DNA from: Catajapyx aquilonaris
Lineage: Eukaryota
DNA length: 29,514 nt
Direction of reading: 5' to 3'
Assembly (NCBI GenBank): GCA_000934665.2
Contig: KZ538094.1
Coordinates: 124,001 to 153,514, forward strand
The position numbers were made by a program, and so were the translations under genes. Positions within the stretch are counted from its first letter, which is position 1, and every line of letters begins with the position of its first letter. The notes beneath the pieces are model-generated. The model worked only from the letters and a program-made list of their open reading frames with translations. It ran no database searches and had not been told where the DNA came from. Shown one piece after another: positions 1 to 8,943 of the stretch.

Positions 1-737
1 GATATCGACCTAGAATTTCTGCCACTCATATACGACATATTGCGAAAGTAAGTGGACAGAAATAGCACCTTGGGAAAGCATCCAGTAGAGGTGAACATTG
101 GCTTATTCTTGACCATTTTGCAGCATAGAGAAGGATCCTTCGGATAATTCGCACAAGAACCGGGACTTCCTCGAGGCCAGCCAGAAGACATTGGAGCTGC
201 AGAGGAAGTTGGAGCAGGCACGAGAGCAGGTATGTGCCAGTTTTGTTGGAATGATGAAATGGTTGCATGATATTGAGAGGGTTATCTGAAGGAGTGCAGT
301 TCATACCTATGTTCTAAATGGCAGTGGATGATGCTTCGTAAGGGTATTGGTACTGCCTGACTAACATGTAGTGAGCACTGGTAAAATGGCACTGTATCAC
401 ATCAGGGCAATCAAAATTGGTTAGTTCTACATTATCTTTGATCTATTACTGTGGATAACATGATTTGTGATGATGTTTTCCCTAATCGCACTAATGCAAG
501 AGGGTGAGCAGCATTATTGCTTGTAATTAAGATATGACCTAGATGTTATAGTGCAGCCCTAGTCTGATTGGTGCATGTTGCTGATAATTACAGGTGCAAA
601 AGCTGCCTGGGATTGAGTACAGCAGGGAGCGTCAGCTGAACAGGCTTGATAATTTGCGCAAGCAGCTGGTGGTGAAGCGAGAATTGCTGTTGAAGTACAA
701 GAACATGTGCAGCTTTGCTCTCCCCAAGCCCAATTAG
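1..737 (+). CDS. MED9: Mediator complex subunit 9 (5'-partial; exons <1-47, 124-229, 594-737)
   Basis: Manual splicing gives DIDLEFLPLIYDILRN|IEKDPSDNSHKNRDFLEASQKTLELQRKLEQAREQ|VQKLPGIEYSRERQLNRLDNLRKQLVVKRELLLKYKNMCSFALPKPN*. This matches the MED9 signature (FLPLIY..I...EKD; LPGI...Q...L..QL..K..LL.KYK). Donors GTAAGT (48) and GTATGT (230) and acceptors CAG (121-123, 591-593) give consistent phases. Stop TAG at 735-737. Absent from the ORF track. Confidence 0.93.
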
Positions 738-740
738 AGG

Positions 741-1001
741 ATGGTTCTACGCTTTGTCTTGCGCTACTTGTTGAACAACGAGCAGCTGATTGAGCGATTG
801 TCCCAGTCATACCCAATCAGACGAGCAGCGCAGTTGGTGTTCTACTTTTACTCTAAAGGACGATCTATTGGTGCTGAAGGAATCAGTAAGAGTGCTGAGG
901 AAAGCAATAGACAGATACAGGACATAGCATCTCGCTTCAAGGAAGAGCTGAAGAAGGGTGTTCAGGAATTCCATGAGGAGATGAAAAAGAAGTCAAAGTA
1001 G
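741..1001 (+). CDS. NCBP2AS2: NCBP2-AS2 family small protein (86 aa), intronless
   Basis: MVLRFVLRYLLNNEQLIERLSQSYPIRRAAQL matches the recalled N-terminal motif of human NCBP2AS2 (MVLRRLL...QLVERLSESRPIRRAAQL), and a C-terminal F.EEL..G motif is present. Good start context AGGATGG. Confidence 0.9.
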   Translation: MVLRFVLRYLLNNEQLIERLSQSYPIRRAAQLVFYFYSKGRSIGAEGISKSAEESNRQIQDIASRFKEELKKGVQEFHEEMKKKSK

Positions 1002-1003
1002 AC

Positions 1004-1684
1004 ATGGTGGGTCGCAACTCAATGGCCGTGATTTTTGTGGGCGATGAGGGCTACTCTATGCTGGATAATCCAAGGCTGCGCAAATCATGGCGGGGGATTC
1101 TTCGTGCACTTCTCCATGTGCCGATGGAAGATGTTCCAGGCCGCCTTCTTCTCTCGCTGGCCCCACCCGTGGTGAGGCTACGTTTTAAGAAGATTCATGT
1201 TGACTTGGTGGGCCCAATGATAGTCCTCATGTTGCTCGCCACGGTCCTTGCCTTTGGCCAGCTCACTTCTGGGAAGTGCAGGTCTCCCGTGACTGCTTTC
1301 GGAGGGGCGATCATTGTGGGCACGTCCTACCTGACCATTGCTCCCACTGTTGCTTTCGCTGTCTGCAGGCTGTGTAAAACTGCAATCAATTTCCCTCAGC
1401 TCATCTCGCTCTTTGGATATGGCCTGTTTGGTCATGTGCTAAGTCTAGCGTTGGGGCTGGTGTTCCGAGGCGAGGATGACCATGGGTCATTTTTTCTGTT
1501 CATGACCATTTTTGGTGGAGCTGCCACTGCCAGACTGGCTCTTGTGCTCCTGGCTCGAACACCAAAACCAGCTGCCAGACTTCTTTTGTGTGCTTCTGTA
1601 GCAGTAGCACACCTTCTCTTTCTCCTCCATTTGTACATCTCATGTTTGAGACGGACGGTCCGCAAATCGACGATGGAGGAGTAA
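1004..1684 (+). CDS. YIPF3: YIP1-family Golgi membrane protein, YIPF3-like (226 aa), intronless
   Basis: The motifs ILRALLHV..EDV..RLLLSLAP, DLVGPMIVLMLLATVL, QLISLFGYGLFGHVL, FGGAATARLALVLLART and RLLLCASVAVAHLLFLLHL are collinear with YIPF3 (ILRPYFDVEP..V..RLLES, ELYGPLMLV, LLGYGLFGH, GGLSTLRM..VL.SRT, RLLLC....LHMLFLLYL). About five hydrophobic segments. Confidence 0.88.
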   Translation: MVGRNSMAVIFVGDEGYSMLDNPRLRKSWRGILRALLHVPMEDVPGRLLLSLAPPVVRLRFKKIHVDLVGPMIVLMLLATVLAFGQLTSGKCRSPVTAFGGAIIVGTSYLTIAPTVAFAVCRLCKTAINFPQLISLFGYGLFGHVLSLALGLVFRGEDDHGSFFLFMTIFGGAATARLALVLLARTPKPAARLLLCASVAVAHLLFLLHLYISCLRRTVRKSTMEE

Positions 1685-2100
1685 CCTAGTCATCTTCCTC
1701 ACTTTATTCGCCGGTGTTTTGCAATGGCGGTCTGTAACAATGTTGTCATTCAGCGTGATGTGAGGGTGTTCCAATATGGTAGCGGTTGAAGACCTGAGTT
1801 CCCAAATTTTCTGAAGTTCTCTTGTGCTTGTGATAAGATTACAGCAAAATTTCACCCAAACATCCCTGCACATAATACCTAACAGACATGCCTTGATATG
1901 GTTCATGAAAATGAATTGTACACAGGTTTCTGTAGAATATTCTGGAACTCATGCCTTCAACAGGTGTTTATAAGTGTTACTAGGAAAATAAGTGTTGCCA
2001 TGTTATAGGAAGCAATAGGAGTATGTAAGTTGTTAAAATCATTTCACTGTCGAGGAATACATTTGTGCCTTATTTCAAAGGCGAGTTGGCAATACTCTAA

Positions 2101-2129
2101 CACACACATACACACACACACACACACAC
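2101..2129. repeat. (CA)n microsatellite
   Basis: Visible CA run with one interruption. Confidence 0.9.
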
Positions 2130-2195
2130 CCTTAGAAAGTGATAAGAGATTGCCACTTCACACCAGAGGGATTTTAAAAATTTAGCGGCTGTGGC

Positions 2196-2201
2196 AATAA
2201 A
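2196..2201 (+). terminator. Candidate polyadenylation signal for the MED9-NCBP2AS2-YIPF3 unit (alternative at 2641)
   Basis: First AATAAA I found downstream of MED9 exon 3; none seen between 594 and 1684. A second AATAAA lies at 2641-2646. Confidence 0.35.
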
Positions 2202-2985
2202 TTTATGTGGGTGCACCATTACATCACTGTCATAACTTGGAGCAGAGAACTGATTACCTCTTGTGTTGATCATGTATTTCTTATGATGCACCTTGTTGGC
2301 TCAATCTTAACCTGGTAATTCAAAACTTTTTCTACATCTTCTGTGTTGTGTTGTGGAATGATTTATGTATTGAGTAGATTACTTATTGTGTTGCTATGAA
2401 ATTTCATCCCAAATCACCAGCATAATTATGTTGTCATTCCCCTGATCTAATTAGATGATCTTGTTGAGATTCTGGATCCTTACTCCCAAAGTGTGATGAT
2501 GGAATTTTGGAGACATATCTTAACCTACAGATGCATTTGAGAAATTGTCATGAAGTCACTTCATAAGGTGTACTCACTGCAATTTGTTCTATTATAGATG
2601 TGAGGCAGTTATGCTTCCTTCAGTGTACTTTCTATGACGTAATAAACTGATTTCCAGGAGAATCGTATATCTTGAATTGGGGGAAAGAGCTGTCCCTAGT
2701 ATAATAACAATGTCTTGAGATACTGTAGCTATTTCACACCATGTGTTTCAATGCACTGCATCCAATATATGCACAAAAATTTTTGGTGGCAAGGGGCATG
2801 CAGCATGGAAGCATCTTAGTCCATGAATCCCACCTTGCAGTTTCCCTTGCTTTACTACACCTACTCCTTGCAACTTGGTGAACACTACAATTTCTCTAAA
2901 TTGTGCATCTACAGAGTACAGACACAGCGAAGGGGGTGAGGAGTGTGGACGTGTGGCCTAAATGGCAGACCCTGGACTGGATGCT

Positions 2986-3090
2986 CCAAGGGGTAAATCA
3001 CTCGTCAAGTCCGTTGTACGGTATAAGGCGCCAAGCTCAGCTTTTTACAAGTCCGTTGTACACTCACCTGCCGAGTGATTTACCCCTTGG
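2986..3090. mobile_element. Small foldback element/MITE
   Basis: Perfect 19-bp inverted repeat CCAAGGGGTAAATCACTCG (2986-3004 / 3072-3090) enclosing two copies of CAAGTCCGTTGTAC. No clear TSD. Confidence 0.6.
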
Positions 3091-3125
3091 GGTGCGCAAC
3101 ATGTGACCTGAAACAGCCTTTAGGG

Positions 3126-3379
3126 CAGCGCTTCCCAATTTCGTTCGTTGGTGACCCCAAAATAAGTATTGTAAAATATTTGTGACCCCCTATATGTGCC
3201 CATTTCGATCCGCCGACATGAAAAGACAGGTCAACAGTGAAATGACCTTACCATATGGTCATAATTTTCAAGAAATTTAGTATCATTTTGTGAAAATAAT
3301 TTGTAACCCTCCCTCGCGACCCCAAATTTTATTTTTGCGACCCCATTTGGGGTCGCGACGCACAGTTTGGGAAGCACTG
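3126..3379. mobile_element. hAT-type MITE (254 bp)
   Basis: TIRs CAGCGCTTCCCAA / TTGGGAAGCACTG, perfect 8-bp TSD CTTTAGGG (3118-3125, 3380-3387), internal GACCCC repeats. Confidence 0.9.
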
Positions 3380-3887
3380 CTTTAGGGGATCATCTTTATA
3401 TGCTAGGCTTGATTTAATCATATATCTCCTGGTGGATTCTGAGTAGTAGGAAATGGGAGACCACTGGAGAAAACTCATTGATGTTCTTTTTGCATGAGAA
3501 CATCCTTCACCTTCACCCAACTTGGGAATCAAACTCGTGGCCTCAAGAGTTTGCAATATGTTGCCTTCACTACTGATGCCTGAAAGTTACGCAATAATAC
3601 TGGAAGTGAGGGTGAAGGGAAATTCAAATGACAGTCTGATGCACATTACATTCACATTGTAAAGGCTTGTGGATTTGCCAGGATGTATTCAGACTTCTGA
3701 TTACAAACTAGACTAATGTATCTATGTATGCAAACACAAGCAAAAGTGAGGCTTGTGTGGGCACTGACATGACTCAACTGGTGAACTATTCCAGATGACA
3801 ATCTCCATAGCTGGTTCATGGGGAAAGTGCATTTACAGAGAGCCAAAAAGCTTGCAAAATGTGGTCACTATGACACATTTAGGTGAC

Positions 3888-4050
3888 GGGCCTATGTGAT
3901 GTAGTGGCTTCTGCTACAGCCTTGCACCTCTGAGGTCCCACTTTTAATCCCTAGGTCCAACAGATAATTTTCGCACATGTTTGCATAGGTTTTCTTGAGA
4001 TTCTCCTGCTTCCTCCCACACTCCATAAAAATCATCCCTCTCACCCTGTC
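3888..4050 (+). mobile_element. Degenerate tRNA-derived SINE with V/Meta-like central domain
   Basis: Decayed tRNA-like head followed by GTTTGCATAGGTTTTCTTGAGATTCTCCTGCTTCCTCCCACACTCC, which resembles the conserved SINE core GTGGGTTTCCTCCGGGTGCTCCGGTTTCCTCCCAC. Confidence 0.5.
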
Positions 4051-5185
4051 CTGTGCCTCGTGGCTCCCCGAATACACCAAAACAAATCATGTAAATGTTT
4101 CTTGGCATTATTAGGGAGTGAACCAAGTATATGCCATTGCAACTGCATCATGAATGCATTTGGCCCTTTATTGTAGCTACACTCTAAATGGCGCAATGAA
4201 ACTGACAGCAAATACTGGTACATATGCTATGAGGACGAGTGGGGGCTGAACAAGAGTGAGTGATGCAAGCCCATTTCAATACTATCAGTGCCAAATTTCA
4301 GCAAACAAATACTGAACTTAAGAAAGAAACAGCAATAAGTTCTGCAGAATTACCAGTATGCAAAGAACTCTTCCATTGCAGCCTGTTTCAGGATTCAGCT
4401 CACATCCACATGGACAGAAACTTATTGATGGCTTTTCTGTAAGTCATCTCAAGATGGCAGAGACAATTTGAAATGTCTGGTACCCTGTCAGAAGGCATGT
4501 GTTGATGTGTTGTCAACCTACCAGTACTTGGCCTGCGAATAGCAGTGGAGCAATTTCCCTCCGTGATTCCTGAAGTACCGTCACAACGAGTGTTTATTTT
4601 CATGTGGATGGCCTTTGCTTCCCTGATGGCCACAGAATACAAAACCAAACATACGATATGACATTCTGACTTTTCCAGAAAAGGAAACGGTACTGATCAC
4701 AATGCAAGAGTTGCAGGATTCGGATTACAACGTGGTCATTCAGCTTCAACTCTACCTATAGGGTTGATATTGTATTAGGACCCCTCCCTGAAAAGTATAG
4801 AGAATTTTTTGGTTAAAATGGTTCCACATCGCGACTTGATCGAATGCAGTAAACATCTCCTGTTCTCCAGCAGCTACCTATACTCTTAAGATAATCAGGA
4901 AAAATATACGGCTAGGTTGGCAGTAGCAAGACTGAAGAGATAAATAATTTGTATTTATCTGGGAACTTGAGAGATGAATGTTACTAATATTATACGTAAA
5001 CACAAGTATTGTCCTTATTTGTCAATACTGCAAAATATGGAGGACTTTGAATCACCAGATTAATGGGACATGGTAACTTCTCCAATAACATTTTATTAAC
5101 ATTCACATTGCCATGAATAACATTACTTTTGGCTCTGTATGAACCTATTACTGACAGTAACAGGGATTGGAGAAGGATTAAAGAC

Positions 5186-5859
5186 TAGGGTGGATCGCGC
5201 TTGTATGGAGAAAAAATATATCTTATTAATCAAAACCTAAGTGGGAAAATGTGACTGAGCCCCCACTGGCTGAACAATTTAATGATGACACGATTTCAGA
5301 AACAATGGTAAGCCCAGTAATAATTCAGGCGGTCATCCTACCTACCATCAAGGAGTTTCCCTGCCTCATTCAAGCTACAGAACGAGTAGTCAAAATTGAC
5401 ATGGAAGCAGATGGAAGTATCTGCTGATGTCTGCGGCCCATGCAGAAGAGATGAATTTATTAAAAAATTGCCTGGAATCACGAAAACTCATGCCATCAGT
5501 TTTCAACACCAAACATGATTACATCCACTGTAATTTCGATGTCTTTTTAGGTTTTTCTTAATTTAATGCTAAAGAAACAGTTCAATTATGTATGTTTTTT
5601 TTCTTGTAACCATTTAGTATGTGTCTTCGGTTTGCAATAAGCATTAAAAATACTAAAATGCATTTTTCACTGTAACAAAAATCACTTTCAATACTGCCAT
5701 AAAAATGCTCAAATACCTAAACTTCAACCCCTTTGCGGCAGTGTTTAACCTTAAAATTAAATTTTCATTTTATTTTTCCCTTAATCTGCATACCATAGAA
5801 CATCTTTTCCGCATAGGTAGGTTTTGAAATCTTGAAAAAAATATTTTCGATCCACCCTA
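5186..5859 (+). mobile_element. Non-autonomous hAT (hATm-like) element with transposase C-terminal remnant
   Basis: TIR TAGGGTGGATCG / CGATCCACCCTA. 8-bp TSD TTAAAGAC / TTAAACAC (1 mismatch). Internal frameshifted peptide EFPCLIQATERVVK...RDEFI...LESRKLMP..FNTKHDY resembles the FPCHTQAVER.VK transposase tail. Confidence 0.8.
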
Positions 5860-6028
5860 TTAAACACATCCGTACATCACGTACGTATGAAAAAACGAGA
5901 ATGGTAACAGCATTGAATGGAACTCAACACGGATAACTAATTGGGCTAATCCCTTCTAGAGGTCCTACTGACTGAGGGATCCAAAACAACAAGGAGGGAT
6001 CTAATGAGGAGATCCAGTCAGAGCATCA

Positions 6029-8943
6029 TCAGAGGAAGTAGAGGGTGTCGCTGAGGTGTTCGTGCACGTTGGAGTGGATGTACTCCCCGACGAGGTAGGC
6101 CAGCTTGTGGGCGTACTGGCAGGGGGCAGGGACACGGACGGTGCTGCTCCAGTTGAAATAGAGGTGGCACATCTTGTAGGTGAGGCGCTGGATCTTGTCA
6201 GGCCCCAGGTTCAAGGTGTCGTGGATGATGGAGTAGCTGGTGGGGGCCACCGTGCCCTGCCTGACAGACTGGGAGATGAGATAGAAGTCAAACCTCTCTG
6301 GAAGCGTGATGTCGTCGTCCACTATGGTCCCTGGAAAGGGGTTGCCTGCCTGGGCTGTCATGATCCTCGTGTTCAGCCTCTTGTTCACTATCACGAAGCC
6401 AAACTTGCACTCTTGCTCAGAGGGGCCGTACATCCTGCTCAGGGCTGCCAGGATCTGGGCCAGCTCGTTGTCGCGGACGTAGCCAACCTGAAACACCAAA
6501 CAGAAAGAAGTAAGCCTCTGTAACCTCAGAGAGACATGCAAAACTGGTGGTCAGCATATACTGTACCTGGCCTTCTCCAACGCCACTCCTGTATAAGATG
6601 ACATGGCTGGGTAGCCTTCCGTTGGCCTGCTTGTACTTCTGGAGGGCCTGGACCATGTTGTTGGAGATAAAGTTGGGGACTTCCTCTTGGTGCGAGTGGA
6701 TGGCCACTATGCTGCAGTAGCGGGTGAAGATGGTGTTCATGGAGGCCACCAGGGCTCCCACCGAGGTCCCCTTCTGGGCCGTGTTGTGGTAGACGTCGAA
6801 GCCCACCATCATGCAGTTCTTCAGGGGGATGTCTGCGGACCAGGGCTCCCCTCCCAGCTTGCAGTTGATCTGGATGGCAATCTTGGTGGCGATGGACACC
6901 AGGCCCTTAGAGGAGAGGGTCCGGGCCACCACCACCTGGGAGGCTATCCCCTGCTCCACGTAGCACCTCTTCTTGACCGCCCCGTACACGTCCTTCCTGT
7001 TGGTGGCCAGCACCACCATCACCATCTGGGGGTTGCACTGGACGCAGGCCTCGTCTATGGCCCTGATATAGTTCTGCGGCCTCACATCCGGAAGGAACTC
7101 CACCAGAGGGTAGGCCATGGGCATGCTCATCCCGGAGGCCGCGTCGTGCAAGGTCCTGAGGAAGGGGACCAGCTCTGCCGTGTTGCGGGCAGGGGCGATG
7201 ACGACCCAGTTGTGCAGGTTGACCACCTTGAGCATGGAGCTCCTCCTTAGGGTGCTGGTCCAGTCCGCCTGGATCCCTCCGTTGACCCTCCTGTCCTGTC
7301 CCAGCACGATGGTCTCTGGTTCCAGCTGGCGACCACTGAGCTTCATCAGGTGGTCTCCAAAGTCTAGATCCAGCTTGGCCAGCTCCTCCATGCAACGGGG
7401 CTCGCTGTGAATGCGGCTCATGAACCTCTGGAGAACCCGGACCTTCTTGTCCGGGGTCTGGTGGGTGTGCTGCCCCATGGCCCTCATCAGCTTGGAGTTC
7501 TCCCTCATGGACTGGTCCAGCCCCGTCATGAAGCACAGCTCGGGCACCAGGTAGACGCACTCCACCTCCCCCCTGTGGACGTCCTTCTTCCTCGGCCTGG
7601 ACACCAGCAGGGGCTGCCCCATCTCCGTCACCCTCTCGTTGTAGCGGCTGAAGTAATAGTCCACGTACGTGGTGGCCTTGTTGTCCCTCATCATGAACAT
7701 GTCCGCGGGGCACTTTTCCCAGTCGATGTCGTCAATTCTGTACGTCTTGGAGTTGTACTTGGTCATGACGATGGTCCCCAAGAGGGCCTCTGCCGCCAGC
7801 TTCTGGTAGTTGTTCCTGTCCCTGTTGTACAGGGTGTGCAGCTGCTTGAGGACCGTGTCCCTCCTGAGCACCTTGTGGTGGATCTCTGCGCAGAGCAAGA
7901 GCTGGTTCTCGTGCTGGCGGATGGAGGTCAGGTATCCGGGCCATATCTCCAGGTCGAACTCTGGTATGGAGATGGAGGCGTGCCGGTCGTAGTAGTGCCT
8001 CTGGACCATCTCCAGCTGGAGGTGGGACATGGTCTTCCGCAGGAGGATGTTGAACACCTGCAGGTACATGTGGTCCGAGGGCTTGACCTCCCCTACCAGG
8101 CGGACCTTCACCTTCACCTTGGCCTTGTCCATGGCCCTCTCCACCGTGGTCTCCAGCTTCCCTCCCTCCAGCCTGCGGGTCATGTACAGCATGCTGCTCC
8201 CGTCATAGATGAAGTGCCCTCCAATCACTTCCTCGAAGTTGTGCAGCAGCCCCTTCCGGATACCCACCCTGTCCTCGTCCGGCTCAAAGTCCACTCGGTA
8301 CTGGATCAGGGTCCATTCTGCCCTCTTGGTCACCTCGAAGTAGTTGGCGATCAGGTTGGTGGGTCTCCCAGCCGTCCCCTTCTTGGTGTTGGCCGCGCTC
8401 TCTGGCCTGGTGCACACCACTGTCTCCTCTCTCTGCTGGATGTCCCTGCTCCTGCGGGCCAGGGCTGATGACCGGCTCCCACCTCGACCCACCAGGACCT
8501 CCTCTCCAGGGGCATGAAGACCCTCATCTGCAACAAACAACAACATTTATTGTCTTGTTATAAATTATTCTGTCTCTAGCTGCAATGTCCAAAAGGGACT
8601 GACCTTCGGGAACATCATCTCCACCATTTCCCTTCTTGAGCTCCATCCTACGGAGTGATTCGGTGACTGCCTCCACTCCACCAGGGTTAATATGGTCCTT
8701 GGAGGGCACCAACAGTGACCTCCCCCTTCCCATGATGAAGCCAGGAGTCACGGTGTCCCGCTGCACACCACTGGATGGTACTGGAGCACCTCCTCCTCCA
8801 AGTGGTGGTGGGGGGCAAGCAGCACCAGCACCAGAAGCACCAGGCCGCCGTGAAGGACCCTCCTCCAAGAAGGGACGGCCCCTGCACCTGCCCCTGGCCC
8901 TGCCCAAGGCTCGAGCTGTCTCAGCGGGAGGGTTATTGTCCAT
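6029..8943 (-). CDS. piwi: PIWI-clade Argonaute (Piwi/Aubergine-like), about 919 aa; coding exons 8943-8604, 8527-6567, 6487-6029
   Basis: N-terminal GRARGRCRGR / GRGR repeats, PAZ (TKYNSKTYRIDDIDW...YVDYY...QPLLVS...LVPELC), MID (Y..VKK...SQ...KIAIQINCKLGG) and PIWI (VGFDVYH...HQEE...YRSGVGEGQ...FYLISQSVRQGTVAPTSY...CHLYFNW..TVRVPAPCQYAHKLA...LYFL*). Introns of 76 nt (GTCAGT..CAG) and 79 nt (GTACAG..CAG) keep the frame. A probable acceptor at 8962-8960 implies an upstream non-coding exon. piwi versus aub orthology is not resolved. Confidence 0.96.

Noticed and set aside
26..816. Minus-strand ORFs 26-304 and 559-816
   Set aside because: Antisense to MED9 exons and introns; no family resemblance.
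741..1684. Bacterial operon or contaminant as the explanation for tight gene packing
   Set aside because: All three proteins are eukaryotic families and MED9 has spliceosomal introns; the AGAGG before ATG 741 is not evidence of a Shine-Dalgarno site here.
6417..6566. Apparent frameshift or truncated C-terminus of the 709-aa piwi ORF
   Set aside because: Explained by a 79-nt GT-AG intron that restores the frame at GEGQ|VGYV.
6056..8468. Long plus-strand ORFs (155, 187, 353 aa) and a 268-aa alternative-frame ORF overlapping piwi
   Set aside because: Expected shadows of extreme GC3 bias; no recognisable domains.
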